Shown here one piece after another: positions 26,251 to 41,400 of a DNA stretch of 64,000 nt. The DNA comes from Geosiphon pyriformis uo1 (taxonomy: Eukaryota; Fungi; Glomeromycota), in NCBI GenBank assembly GCA_016748015.1, contig JAAOMT010000502.1, positions 806,001 to 870,000 on the forward strand, in the 5' to 3' direction. The notes under the pieces are model-generated. The model was given only the letters and a program-made list of their open reading frames with translations. It did no database searches and was not told the origin of the DNA. A program made the position numbers and the translations under genes. The stretch's first letter is position 1. The number at the start of each line of letters is the position of its first letter.

Positions 26251-28670
26251 TAACATACTCTTTCTTTCCTAAATTTCATGACTACAAATAGAGTTAAAAG
26301 TAAAAAAGTTGCAAACATTACTTTTCTTATAGTAACTAATAAAGTTTCAACACGAGAGGGTTTTTCTGTTATTTAAGCAGCTAGACAAAATGTTCTGGCT
26401 ATATTTCCTTTAAAAAATATTAGTGAAAAGTTGCCTTTAGCAGCTTCTGGTTCACTTTCTTCTCCTTTGGCTGGAAATTTTTCTCCAATTAAAGTTTCAT
26501 CAAAAAGGCACACTCAGATTAGTCTCAGTGTTGTCTCTATCACTTCAAAAAGCCCAAAGATTTTTAATAACAGACCAGTCAACAAGTTGGTCTTTCCTGC
26601 TCTTACTACTCCTATTACTACTTCTATTATTACTGCTTCACAAATGGCTGCAAAAGCAAAAAATTCCAAAAAACAGCAGCAGGCAGTCACAACTGCTATG
26701 ATTACACTGAATTTTTTTGTGGTTCCAGATAAGATCTTTGTTAAGATCTCCACAGTAGCAGCCAGTCTTCTTCCTAATATGGATGGCAACAGCAGCAGCA
26801 CATCTTTCAAGATGGGCCAAGATCAACCACTGGCTGTGTTGCCTGATATGGTACTCTCCAGCAGATCATTGCCAATCTCAGTAGCAAAACAGCCCATCAA
26901 TTTAGATGATCTCAAAAATTGGGCTGATCAGATGGAAATGGAATCAACTGTCCCTTCTCCAGTTTCTGGTGCTGTTGATGATAGTGCTTGGGAGAATGTG
27001 AATGGTCATCAGAGGTTCTCTGGTTGGGTGGCCTCTAATCTAGTACTTGGTGCTACGTTTAAGATCAAAATGGCTCTGCTTGGTTTCTTGTTTCAGTTGC
27101 TGCCTGGTTGTATTGGGCTTAAGTCAGTTTCACAAGATGCTGTTAAGTTGTTCTGTATAGAATTTGCATCTCAGGAGAGCCTAAATGGTGCCACCAAAGT
27201 GGCCATCAATGATGAAATTTTTTTGACCACTCTTAAGATTGCATGGTCTTCTGGTGTGGCCTCTGTTTCTTCTTCTTTCTTGTCAATTGCACTCTATGAT
27301 GTACTTTTGGGTACCTCTTCTGATGACATCAAAACTGCTCTTGGCATTTTTGGTGTTGTTACTTCTATTAAGTTGAAGCCTGCTGGCTTATAGCAATATG
27401 TTGTGGTTAATTTTAAGAACATTTCTTTTGCTGCTGCTACTCTCTCTAACTGGTCTGTATTGGTCAGAAAAGATAGTGTTAAGATTCTTTCTATTACCAA
27501 CCAAAAAGAGGTTATTTCCTTAAGAGATGCATTCAAAGCTAAGTTGGTTAATCTTCCAGTTGGCTGTATTGCCTTTGAGATAAGTGATTTGGTCTTTCAA
27601 GTTGGTGGCTGTACATGTTTCATTCCTCGCTTCTCTGAATTTTATTGACGTCAATGCTTTGCTGTGGTTACTTTTGATTCTTTGGAATTTCTGAATGTTG
27701 CTGTGTTGAAAACTGGTACCTTATGTGGTTGTCACATCTGATGGGAAACTTCTGAGTGTCACCACTGCTACAGGTGTCAAGACTTGAATCATTTGGCTGT
27801 GAACTGCAAAAAGTTGCCTCCTCTTCCACCTAAACTCTCTTTTAACACCTTTGGTGGCCCCAAAAATTTCAAATCTTTAGTTGTTGGATCTAAATCTTAT
27901 GTCAAGACTGCTGCTTTTGTGGTTCCTTCTGGTGCTGCTGCTGCTGATATAAACTTGGATCTTGGTGGTCCTCCCAAAACTACAACACCCATGTTGCTGT
28001 CTCTTCTGTTCCCAATTCTGTTATTGAATTTAGGTTGGCTTTTTTTGAATCCCACCTTAGTAAACTATCTGTGTTGATAAAATCTTTAGTTGAACCTGTT
28101 GGTGTTCAGGTTACATTGGTTACCAAATTGCTGTCTATTTCATTTGTCATAGATGTGTCAGTTAAGGAATGTGTAGATGAATTGGCTAAGCAAAATAAAG
28201 GCTTGGCTGTTGTTGCTTCCATGATACAGAAAAGAATAACACACCTTGAGAAAAAATATAAGCAGACCTGCTTGGAGAATGCAGCTGATAATGATGACAT
28301 GGTTGATAATGATGATGATAACAATAAAGATTTTTCAGTTTATGATGACACCTTTAATGTTATGATGTATCTTTGGGAAGATTACCCTTCCAGTATTAAA
28401 TCCAGTCCTAATCAGACTGCTAAATGGATGAGTAGTATGGTTAAGAATAGTCATGAGCTTGTTAGCATTATGGATAAGATGTATAAATTAGATATGTTTG
28501 ATACATTGAGTAGCAAAGATAGTACTAGTGTATAGTTAGAACTTTCCACTTGTGGTTAGCCGCATCTTGTGATTTTGTATTATTGGGTGAGCTGGTTTTA
28601 TGAAAGTGTCACATTACTGTGAACATAACTAATAAATGACCAGCATGGCTACACATTAACAAAAAAAAAA
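26251..28670 (+). mobile_element. Full-length ORF1-only retroposon, copy 4
   Basis: ATG 26278; track ORFs 26431-28535 homologous to copy 1; AATAAA and A10 tail at 28661-28670; no TSD. Confidence 0.88.
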
Positions 28671-31600
28671 GTATAGTGACTAAGATATTTTATGAGACTG
28701 ATCTTGTATATTGAATCCATACTTATTCAATTTGTTCTTTAAAGTTGAATTTTTTTTGATTCTTTTTATCACTCTACAATCTTGTTTTCCTTTGCTATTT
28801 GTTAGCTTGTTACTCCACAACCCATAACATAAAAATAGTGCTTTCTGTGAGGTTGTCAAAATCTACTTTGTTTCTTATTATATGGATGATTATTTATATC
28901 TGACACAACAATCAGAAAAACACTTTAAAGCATACAACAAAAATAATCTAGACTTTATTAAACTCAATCTTTTGCCCTTCTGTTTGATTTGCTTCCTTAT
29001 TAAAAAACAATCTAGCAGACAATTCCAAGACTTTTAGAACTGGTTCTTAAATAAGCATTCAGCTGAAACCTACACAGCTTATACAATCTATTACTTTAAC
29101 CAAGCTTATTTTGAAGACAACTTTGAAAAAAGAAACAATAGCATTAATCAGCTTTTATATTCCATAATATTTGAACAACAGCCCTCTGATTCTGAATATC
29201 TAAATCACCAGATTCACATTTGGATTGCTGTCCATCAACTAGCTGAAACACCTTTTGAAACAGAAGAAGAAAGCTATCAAACTGTTTCTGTTTTTGATCT
29301 CTTCTTAAGTGAATCAAAACATTCTACACAAACAGCTATTCCTGAACTAATGGCTAATGACCCCATGTAACAAAACATTCTGATTGTCTTTTAGGACATA
29401 TAAACTGCTTTAGGATGAAGAAATAACACCCCACTATCTTTATTCAGAAGTAATGCACAAGATCTAATTAAATAGTTAGATGACTTTGAAAGAGCTGCTA
29501 CAACGAACCAATATGATAATAAATACAAGTTCCAAATTGTTGGTGGCTATCTTCAAGACTCTTCTGCTACTTAGTTCTCATAAAAAACCAATGCTGGTGC
29601 TCACCAAAGAATCATTAGATAGGCACCAACAAATGCTAGAAAAAAAAACACCTCAATTTAAAACTAAATTTAGAACTCCTATCTTAATCTCAAAATGGTG
29701 TATAGAATTAGAAAGTAGAACTCAAAATCCTGGTAAAGTTGTGACTGAATATGCAAAAGCAATTAGAAAACTAATTAAACAAGTAGACTTTGGAAGAAAC
29801 TAAATAGAAAAACAGAAAATTTATTTCTTTACAAAAGAATTAAAAACTGATCTCTCATATGCTCTTTGGCCCCTTCTGGCTCTAAAAGACTATTCTACAA
29901 TGAATATGACCATTGAACTAGTCCAACAAATTGAAAACAATCAAAGGATGCACTTAAAATTCACACTTCCAGTTTTTGCTCTTGTTCCTGTTATGACTTC
30001 TGCTTCTTAAATGACTGTTACTTCTTTTGCTGCCCAAACTCCAGATTCCAATAAACAATTGATAGATAGACTCACAGCCAATCTTGCCCAGCTATTAGAA
30101 TCCTTAGCCCAAGCAGTCAGAGAAAATTAACAACCCCAAAGACCCAAATATGAACTCCATTTTAATCAACCCCAACAACCCTCTTATCAAAGACAACAAA
30201 ATTGTGGCCCATTTGTGTATTATTATTGTGAATTAACTGAACATTTCTTCAGAGATTGCAACAATTCTCCTTTGCCTCCTCTAGCTCCTAAAAACAATGA
30301 CAATTAAAACAACAGAACCATTAACAACAATGTTTCCAATCAAAGACCCAATCATGCCAACATCAATTTCTTTGAAAAGAATTCCTTAGCTGAAGCCACT
30401 GTTTATTAGCCTTTAAACTGGTAGGCATACCTTCAAAGAGTAAGAGTGCAAGCCAACCAGAAAAAAACCTCTTTTATGTTTTTAACTTAACTAATGATGA
30501 CCATGACATAAATGAACTACCAATCAACATTTTTGAATTAACAAGAAAGAAGAAAAAAGCCAAAGTTGATTTTGTTCTGAATCCAAACAAAGTATTCAAA
30601 TCAACTACTAATAACAATAAGCCATTAAAGGCTAAAGTTTTTAAAAATCTCTAAAGTTGGAATCACCAGAAATAGTACAAAAATCTGGTTGTCAAAAATC
30701 TCATGGAAACCCCAGCTCACATCACTTTTGGCCAATTATAACCCATCCACAATTCAGAAAGAACTTGTGTAAATCCTTGATTCCAAAGAAAAAGACACCA
30801 AAAACCAACAAGCATTCTCGACAAGCTGAACTTGCTAACAACAGCAATGTCACTTCTTTAATCTGCAAAGCCCAAGTGGCTGATTACTTTATTGACTTGA
30901 TTTTAGACAGTAGATCATTTGTTAGTATTATTGCCAAACATTTTCTTAAAGCAATTGGCAGAAAGATTGATGAATCTTCAACTAGACCAATGACCAATGT
31001 ACATAGTGACAAAAAGAAAAGCCTGAGTATAACCAAAGCTGTTTCTGTTCGCATCAATAGTATCAGCATTGAAACTGACATGGAAGTATCTAAAACAAAA
31101 GAGTACACCATAATTGTTGACAATAAGTGGCTTAAAAAAACCAAAATATTACTTGACTATAAACTTTGTAAGCTAATCATCAGATGTAATAAAAAGTTCA
31201 TTATGGTTAAGTGCCATTATTGGACAACTCTTCCAGTACCCAAGCAAAACCAAGAAAAAGAACAGTTAAATGAATCAAATAATGATGAGAGCAATAAAGA
31301 AGAAAATCAAGAAGAACAAAAAAAAACTGTTAAACTTGCCTATACTATCTTTACCAACAATAGCAAGCCACTAAACAATGTTAAAACTGACAAAAAAAGA
31401 ATCATGGTAAATGGCAAGCTGATCTGCTGACCATACTATAATATTTTCAGAAGAATCTTTGATAAAAAACCTGGCAAAAAAGCAAAATACAGTTATTGGT
31501 AATATGGCTCTTGTGCCAAGTGCTGGTACAATAAACCTTTATATTCCCTTAGTAATGAATACAAGTTCTGGCTGATCTATTATAAAGATTGGGAGCCAAT

Positions 31601-32304
31601 TAGTTTGATACCCAGAGAAGAACTAAAAAAAGTACAGAAGTTCTTTAAAAATGAACCATTTGAAATCTAATTACTAGTTGTAAAACAAAAAAAATCTTCT
31701 CCTGAAGAAAAAAAAATGGTTATTGAAAACTTGTTGGCTAGAAATAGCCCAATTATCTCAAAAAAAAGTGACACCTCTGGACAAACCCATATAATACAAC
31801 ACATCATCACTACCAAAGAAACTCGCCCCATCTATTTGAAGCCTTATTAATCTAATTGGCACAATGATAAGTTTATCAAGAAAAAAATAACTCGAATAAA
31901 AAATCTTAGATTCATACAAAAAACCAAAAGTGAATGGGCTTTTTTAGTTGTAATGGTATTCAAGAAAGGTGGAACTCTACACTTCTGTGTCAACTAGCAC
32001 CAATTAAATGTTATTATTATAAGAAACATGTATCTACTCTCCAAAATTGATGCAATGCTAGATAAATTCAATGGTGCTGCTTTCTTCTTAACTATTGACC
32101 TAACTGCTGGATTTTGGCACATAGAGATGGATCCAAAAAGCAGAAAAAAAACTGCTTTCATTACCAAGTATGATATCTATAAATTTACAATCATGTCTTT
32201 TGGTCTCATCAATGTCTCTCCTATCTTTTAATGCCTAATAAACAAAGTGTTTAAATCAGTAAAAGAAAACTTTGTTCTAGCCTATTTAGATAACATCATG
32301 GTAT
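28671..32304 (+). mobile_element. Family A fragment A4 (partial LTR 28671-28829, PBS, gag, PR, RT to YLDD)
   Basis: LTR end CATAACA, then PBS TAGTGCTTTCTGTGAGG; protease LILDSR (30657-31430); RT 32028-32231; cut at GTAT by the next LTR. Confidence 0.88.
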
Positions 32305-35300
32305 TGTTATGGTTGAAACTTATACTTCTTATTAATTATCACATGTATTAGCCACTGATGTCACATAATTAGCCATTTTATTTTTAGAAAATAATTATTG
32401 ACCTGATTATTGACCTGACCATTTACTTGATCATTGACCACTTTTGATAGCTATATAAGCAATGAATTTTTTAGCTATAAAAAAACATGTAAGAATCAAA
32501 GAAAGAAAATAAATAAAATAACAACTTTTATCTCAATTATTCTCTTATTGCTAAATTTTTCTTTGCTTATCTTCAAGTATCTGAACATCTTGGAATAAAA
32601 AATTATTTGTTGGTTATTTCCTACCCTTTTTCTGAAATGTGTAATTGCAGCATTTGAAGATTATTGAATAAAATGTGACTGAAGAGTACATCTGATACCT
32701 AATATTGAATTTTAAGAGCATTGATGTGAAGCATAAAATTATACCAGTGTGTAATCATTTGTTGACAGTATGGACTATCCCTCTACCTTCAAATTCTCTG
32801 AAAAGTATAGTAACTGAGATATTTTATAAGACTGATCTTATACATTAAATCCTTACTTATTCAATTCACTCCTTGAAGTTGAAATCTCTTTAATTATTTC
32901 CATTACCCTACAATTCTGTTTTTTGTTGTTATATGTTAGCTTGTTACTCCAACTTGTAACATAAAAGTGGTGCTTCCTGTAAGGTTGTCAAAATCCACTT
33001 TGTTTTTTATTGTATGGGTGATTATTTATACTTGCCACAACAATCAGAAGAACACTTTGAAGCATACAACAAAAACAATCTAAACTTTATTAAACTCAAT
33101 CCTTTGTCCTTCTGCTTGATTTGCTTTCCCATTGAAAAACAATCCAGTAAACAATTCCAAGACTTTTGGAACTGGTTCCTAAACAAGCATTTAGCTAAAA
33201 TCTACACAGCTTATATACCTATTACTTTGACCAAAGACAACTTTAAAGAAAGAAATAACAGTATTTTTATACTCCACAACTTTTAAACAACAGCCCTCTA
33301 ATTCTGAATACCTGAATTACCAAATTCACATCTGGATTGCTGCCCATCAGCTATTTGAAACCCCCTTTGAAACAAAAGAAGAAAGCTATCAAACTGCTCC
33401 TGTTTTTAATCACTTTTCAAGTGAATTAGAACATTTCACAAAAACAGCTACTTCTAAACCAATGACTAATAATCCCATACAACAAAACATTTTGATCGTC
33501 TTTCAGGGCCTACAAACTGCTTTATGGTGAAGAAATAACACTCCACTATCTTTATTCAGAGGTAATGCACAAGATCCAATTAAATGGTTGAATGACTTTA
33601 AAAGAGCTGCCACAGTCAATCAATATAATAATGAATATAAATTCCAAATTGTTGGTGGCTACTTCCAAGACAAGAAACCAATTCCAATGCTCAACAAAGA
33701 ATTATTAGATGGACACTGGCAAATGCTGGAAAAGATAACACCTCTTTTACTACTCAGTTTGAAATGAAATTTAGAACTCCTATCTTGATATCTAAATGAC
33801 ATATGGAATTAAAAAAAAGAATCCAAAATCCTGGTAAAGTTGTAACTAAGTATGCCAAAGCAATTAAAAAATTAATCAAGCAAGTAGATTCTGGAAGGAA
33901 CTGAACAAAAGAGCAAAAGATTCATTTCTTTACAAAAGAATTAAGAACAGATTTGTCATATGCTCTTTGGCCTCTCCTGACACTGAAAGACAATTCCACA
34001 ATAAATATGGCCATTGAACTTGTCCAGAGAATAGAAGACAATTAAAGAATACACCTAGGATCTACACTTCCAGTTTTTGCTCTTGCTCCTGTTATGGCTT
34101 CTGCTTCCCAAATGGCTGTTATCTCTTTTGCTGCCCAAACTCAAAATCCAAATTAATAGTTAATAGATAAACTCACAGCTAATCTTGCCCAGTTATTGGA
34201 ACCCTTAGCCCAAGCAGTCAGAAAAAATCAACAATCCCAAAGATCCAGATTTGAACATCATTTTAATCAACCCCAACAACCCACTTATTAAAGACAACAA
34301 AATTGTGGCCCACCTGTGTGTTACCACTGTGGATTAACTGGACATTTCTTACAATTCTCCTTTGCCACCTCCAGTTTCTGGAAACAATGATAATCAAAAC
34401 AACAGAACTATTAACAACAATATGCCAATATCAATTTCTTTGGAGAGGATCCCTTAGTTAAAGCTACTGTTTATCAGCTTTTAAACTAATAGATATACCT
34501 TCAAAGGATAAACATACAAGTCAACCAGAAAAAAACCCCTTTTATGCCTTTAATCTAACTGATGATGACCATAATATGGATGAACTGACAATCAACACTT
34601 CTGACTTGACAAGAAAAAAGAAGAAAGCCAAGGTTGATTTCGTTCTAGATCCCAACAAAGCCTTAACTTCCACTGTTAATAACAATGAGCCACCAAAGGC
34701 TAAAGTTTTTAAGAATCCTCCAAAGTTGGAACCCCCAGAAATTATACAAAAATCTGGACCCTATTCTGTTGTAAAAAATCTTATGGAAACCCCAGCACAT
34801 ATCACTTTTGGCCAGTTAATAACCCATCTACAGTTTAGGAAAGATCTTTGCAAATCATTAATTCCAAAGAAGAAGACTCCAAAACCAACAAGTGCCTTTG
34901 TCAAGCTGAACTTGCTGACAACAGCAATGTCACTCCTCTAATCTGCAAAGCCCAAGTAGCTGGTTACTTTATTGATCTGATCTTAGACAGTAGATTATCT
35001 GTTAGTGTCATTGCCAAACACTTTAGAAAAAATTGGCAAAAAGATTGATAAATCATCAACAAGACCAATAACCAACATACATGGTGACAAAAAGAAAGAT
35101 TTGGACATAGCCAAAGCTATTCCTGTCTGAATCAATGGCATCAGCATTGAAATTGACATGAAAGTATTTAAAGCAAAAGAATACACCATAATAGTTGGCA
35201 ATAAATGGCTCAAAAAAGCAAAAGCCTTGCTTAATTATGAACTCTGTGAACTGACCATCAGATGTGGTAAAAAACCCATTGTAGTTAAATGTTGCCATTG

Positions 35301-35459
35301 GACAACTCCTCCAGTACCCAAACAAAGCCAAGAAGAAAAGCAATTAGATGAATCAGATGATAAAGAAAGTGATGAAAAAAATGAACAAGAAGAACAAAAA
35401 GAAACTGCTGAACTTGCTTACACCATTTTTACTAGCAATGGCAAGTCATTTGATAATGT
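32305..35459 (+). mobile_element. Family A fragment A5 (LTR 32305-32961, PBS, gag, protease)
   Basis: TGTTATGG...GTAACA LTR; PBS TGGTGCTTCCTGTAAGG; gag MGDYLYLPQQ (33014); truncated by A6. Confidence 0.88.
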
Positions 35460-38400
35460 TGTTATGGGTTGAAGTAATAAGCTAACAAATAGCAAGGGAG
35501 AACAGAATTGTAGGGTGATGGAAATAATCAAAAAGGAATTCAACTTTAAAGAGCAAATTGAATGAGTATGGATTTAATGTGTAAGATTAGTCTCATAAAA
35601 TATCTCAGTCACTATTCTTTTCAAAGGTAACTGGGGAATCTGAAGGTAGAGAAATAGTCCATATTGTCAACAATTGATCACCACTGGTATAATTCTATGC
35701 CTTACATCAGCACTCTTAGAATTCAATATCAGGTATCAACTTGTGCTTTTCAGTCACGCTTATTCAAATAATCTTCAAATGCTACAATTAGATATGTCAG
35801 GAAAAGGCCAACAAGTAATCTTTTATCTTTAAAATGTTCAGATACTCTGAAGATAGGGAAAGGGAAATTAGTGATAAGAGAAAAATTGAGATGAAAGTTG
35901 TTATTTTATTTATTCTTGATTATTCAGATGCTTGTTATTACATGCTTTTCTATAGCTAAAAGATTCATCGCTTATATAGCTATCAAAAGTGGTCAATAAT
36001 CAGGTCAATGATTACTATTTAAAAATAAGGTGGCTAATTATATGACATTAGTGGCTAATACATGTAATAATTAATAAAAACTATGAGTTTCAACTGTAAC
36101 ATCATTCTCTCCAAAAAGATTGAGCTCTGGCAAAATCAAACTATTTAGGGAATACTCTATTTGAAGGGTTTTATCTAACTTAATACTAACTAGTTTGTTG
36201 AAGTCTTTTGTAAATAAGATATATAAAACTTGAGGCAAAATAAGCTTTGTGTTCAAGAAACCAAATCTTTGTATAAGAGTTTTGGCTCTTTTTGCAATAG
36301 TCAAAACTCTTGAGACATCTAATCGTACAATGTTCAAAATTTCCACTTGTATCTCTGAAGTTGTTTTCTTTATAAGCTTTATGTCTTCTATGATTTCACC
36401 AAAACGACCGTAGAATTCTAGTTGTCTTCCATATGACAAGTTTTTGTCTATGGGCAAGATTTCTTTAATTGTTTTTCCAATTGTGATAGAAGGTGCAAGT
36501 ATTGCTGCTATTATACTCTCTAGCAAATACTTATTTATTTTGCTACCAATTCTTTCTCTTCTGGTAGTTGTTTTCTTTGGTCTGATAACAGTATGTGTTC
36601 TATTGTTGTCAATTATTGTAGTTTGTTTTCCAATGGTCAGAGTAGCATTTGGATAGTTTTTAATCCAATACTTATGAAGAGTATAGAAAGTGTTTTGAAT
36701 GTTTTAATCTAGAAAATAATTGTTCATGTCAATTGAAGATACCTCTGTTTTGGGAGTAGTGCATTTATTTATATCTGATTTTTGCTGATTATTTGGGTCG
36801 GTATTACCATAACAGATAACCAATCAGATTGTTTGTGATATTTTTTGAGTCACGTGCCATGAACAAAACGATCATTAAAGATTGTTCCAGATTGATCTTG
36901 AAGAATATAAGAACCATTGTTCAGAACTTTGTTGACTATAAAGGGTTCTTTTCATTAGCTAGAGAATTTATCATCATAGACATTGTCTTTGTCTAAACAG
37001 TATTCCAAAACCAAGTTACCAATACTTAAGTGTTTTATGGGTTTTTTTTTTCTTAAGCTTCTCTTGGAACTGTTTTATCTTTTCAAAGACAATTATTCAT
37101 GCCTCTATCAATGAGTCAAGAATGGTACCAAGTCTTCTTTACAAAATGTTTTTGTAATTCCCTATTGTGATTTTTTCAAAGGGTATTATCTCAATATTAG
37201 TTTCTATTGGTAGTGTTGCCATTCATCTATAGAGCAGGTAAAAAGGTTTATAACTTGTTATGTCATAATTCACAGTTCTATAAGCAAACAAAGCTGAAGG
37301 CAGTACTTTGTCTTATAAGTTTGTTTCTTTACTTGTTTTGCCTAAGGTTTCACACAGTGTTCTATTAAAACGTTCCACTAGGCCATTTGTTTGAGAGTAA
37401 TAAGAGGAGGAAAGTTTGTGATGTATTCCCATTTTTCTACAAAGTTCTTCAACCAGTGTACTAAGAAAAGCTCTTTCTCTATCAGATAAAAGTTCTTTGG
37501 AGGAGCCATGACAACAAATAATATCTTCATAAATGAAATTAGCAATGAAAACTACTGTTTAATCTGGGGTGGCACTTACTTCTATCCACTTTGTAAGATA
37601 GTCAGTAGCTGTGATAATATATCTGTTGCCATCAGAAGTTACTGTTAATGGTCCAACAACATTTATACCAATTATGTCAAAGGGTTGGCCAACAGAAATT
37701 GGATGGATGTCTTCTTTGCAATTGGGTTTTTTTCTTTTTTGGCAGGTATCACAAGTTTTGATGTACTCAGCAATATTTTTTCCCAAGGTAGGCCAATAAT
37801 AGTGAGCTAAAGTTTTCTGAATTGTTTTTGTTTTTCCAAAGTGTTCAGCTAATGGATTAGTGTGTATGTTGTAGATCACAATTTCTCTTTCTTCAAATCT
37901 TATGACTCTTTGGGGGTGGTCAGGATCTTTTCTATTTCTTTTATATAATTGGTTCTGACAGATCAAATAAAAATTTGATTGTTTGTGCAAATGTTCTCTT
38001 TGCTGTCAAGTGTATTCTAGTGGATATTGTCCTTTACCTAAAAATTCCATTAAGACAGAGTAATTGTCCAAGTCCATTATTGTGTTTGGTTGTAAAAGAA
38101 TTACTAATAATTAGGTTGGTTTGGTTTGGGAGATTGTACTGTCACTTGGTGGTAAGTCTGGAAAGAGCATTGGCATTTTGATTATTAGCTTTTTTATGGT
38201 GTTGAATATCATAATCGAATTCATCCAAGTAGAGTATCTAGTGGGTTATCTGTTTATGTTCTAGCCTTTTCTTGTTGCGCAGTCAAACCAAAGCTTGGTG
38301 ATCTGTTACTACCAAAAACTTCACATCAAGGAGATACTTATCCCAGTAGTTAGTAGCCCAAACTACTGCTAAGCATTTCTGCTCAGTAACTAAATAGTTT

Positions 38401-41400
38401 TTTTCTGCTGGTGTAAGAGTTCTACTGGCATAGATTATTGTATGTTCCCTGCCATCTTCATCTTTTTGTAAGAGAACAGCACCAAGTTCATAGCCAGATG
38501 CATCAGTGTGAAGGATGAAAGATTGATCCAGATTAGGTTGCTTAAGAATAAGTTCTGTAACCAATTTTTCTTTAAGAGTTTCAAATGCTTTCTGTTGATG
38601 TGTGCTCCAATAGTAGTTGACATTTTTCCTAAGTAGCTGATTGAGTGAAGAGGCAATTTTGGAGAAATCCTTAACAAATTTGCAATAATAGGAGGCCAAA
38701 CCAAGGAAAGAATATAACTTATGAACATTCATTGGTTGTCTTATGTTCTGAACTTTTTCCACTTTGGCTGCATCAGAGAAGATTTTATCTTTAGTAATAA
38801 GATGGCCAAGAAATTAGGTGGATTGTCTTCCAAAGAAAGATTTAATTGGATTGATTTTGAGGCCTGCATTTCTAAAAAGATCAAAAACCTTTTGCAAATG
38901 TTCAAGGTATTCATTCCAGATTTTTAAGTACACCATTATATTGTCCAGATAGACCAGAACAAAGTTTTTTTTCACTGATTCAAATACTTTATCCATTAAG
39001 TATTGAAAGGTGGGAGGGGCATTGGTAAGACCAAAGACATGACTGTAAATTTATAGGTGCCATACTTGGTAATGAAGGCAGTTTTTTTCTGGCTTTCTGG
39101 ATCCATCTCTACTTGCCAGAATCCAGCAGTTAGATTAATGGTTGAAAAGAAAGCAGCATCTTTGAATTGGTCCAGCATTGCATCAATTTTGGGAAGTGAG
39201 TACATGTCTCTTTTAGTGATGGCATTTAATTGGCAGTAGTCAACACAGAAGTGTAGGGTTCCACTTTTCTTGGATACCACTACAACTGGAAAAGCCCATT
39301 CACTCTTAGTTTTTTGTATGAATCCAAGTTCTTTCATCTGGTTTATTTCTTTCTTGATGAACTCATTATTTCAGCGATTGGATTAGTAAGGCTTTAAATG
39401 GATGGGGCAAGTTTCTCTGGTAGTAATAGTGTGTTGTATCACATGAGTTTGTCCTGGGCTATCATCTTCTTTTGAGATAACTGAGCTGTTTCTTGCCAAC
39501 AGATTTTTAATGTCTATCTTTCTTTCTTCTGAAGAGGGTTCTTTTTGTTTTACTACTAATGATTGGATTTCAGGTGGTTCATTCTCAAAGAACTTTTGTA
39601 CTTCTTTTAATTCATCTCTAGGTATCAAACTGATTGGTTCCCAATCTTTGTAATAGATTAGGCATGATTTGCATTCATCACTTGGAGAATACAAGGGTTG
39701 GTTGCACCAGCACTGGGCACAAGAACCATATTACTAATAACAGTACTTGGCTTTCTTGCCAGGCTTTTGGTCAAAGGTTCTTCTAAGAATATCATAGTAG
39801 GGCTAGCAGATCAGCTTGCCATTTACAATGATTTCTTTTTTGTCAGCTTTGACATTGTCTAGTGGCTTGCCATTGCTGATAAAGGTAGTGTATGCAAGTT
39901 CAGTGGTTTCTTCTTGTTCCTTTTGTTCTTCTTCTTCATCACTTTCTTCATCATCTGATTCATCTGATTGTTCTTCTTTTTGATTTTGTTTGTTTGCTGG
40001 GGAAATTGTCCAATGATGGCATTTAACCACTATGGGCTTCTCACCACATCTGATGGTTAATTCACACAGTTTATAGTCAAGTAAGGCTTTTGCTTTCTTA
40101 AGCCACTTATTGCCAACAATGATGATGTATTCCTTTGCTTTAGAAATCTCCATATCAGTTTCAATGCTAATGCTATTGATGCGGACAGAAATAGCTTTGG
40201 CAATACGAAGAAATTTTTTTTTATTATCATGTATATTAGTTATAGGTCTGGTGGAAGGTTTGTCAATTTTTCTGTCAATTGCTTCTAAGAAATGTTTGGC
40301 AATAACACTCATGGATGATCTACTGTTTAGGATCAAGTCAATGAAATAACCAGCCATTTGGGCTTTGCAAATTAAAGGAGTAATATTGCTGTTGTCAGCA
40401 AGTTTAGCTTGATGAGAGCATTTGTTGGTTTTTGGTATTTTCTTTTTAGGGATCAGAAATTTGCAAAAATATTTTCTAAACTGTGGATGGGTCATCAGCT
40501 GGCCAAAAGTAATATGTGCTGGAGTTTCCATGAGATCTTTAACAACAGAATAAGGTCCAGATTTTTGTACTATTTCTGGGGGTTTTAGCTTTAGAAGATT
40601 CTTAAAAACTTTAGCCTTAGGTGGCTCATTATTATCAGCAGTTGATGTGAATGGTTTGTTTGAATTCAAAACAAAATCAACCTTGGCTTTCTTCTTCTTC
40701 CTTGTTGATTCTGTGGTGTTAATTGCTAGTTCATCCATGTTATGGTCATCATCAGTTAAGTTAAAGATATAAAAGGGGTTTTCTTCTAGTTGGCTTGCAC
40801 TTTTACCCTTTGGAGGTGTGCCTACCAGTTTAAAGGCTGATAAACAGTGGCTTCAACTAGAGGATCCTCTCCAAAGAAGTTAATATTGGCATGATTGGGT
40901 CTTTGATTAGAAGCATTATTGTTGATGGGTCTATTGTTTTAATTGTCATTATTTTTGGGGACTGGAGGAGGTAAAGGAGGATTGTTGCAATTTCTTAAGA
41001 AATGTCCAGTTAATTCACATTTATAACATACAAGAGGACCACGATTTTGTTGTCTTTGATAAGGAGATTGCTAGGGCTGATTAAAATGTAGTTCATATCT
41101 AAGTTTTTGTGGTTGTTAGTTATCTCTAACTGCTTGTGTCAAAGATTCTAATAACCAGACAAAATTGGTTGTGAGTCTATCAATTAATTGTTCATTTGAA
41201 TCTTGAGTTTGGGCAGCAAAAGAAGTAACAGCCATTTGAGGAGCAGGAATCATGACAGAAACAGGAGCAAAAACTGAAAATATAGACTCCAAATGCATTC
41301 TTTGGTTGTCTTTAATTTGTTGGGCAAGTTCAATAGCCATGTTCATTGTAGAGTTATCTTTCAAAGCCAAGAGAGACCAAAAAGCATAAGATAAATCAGT

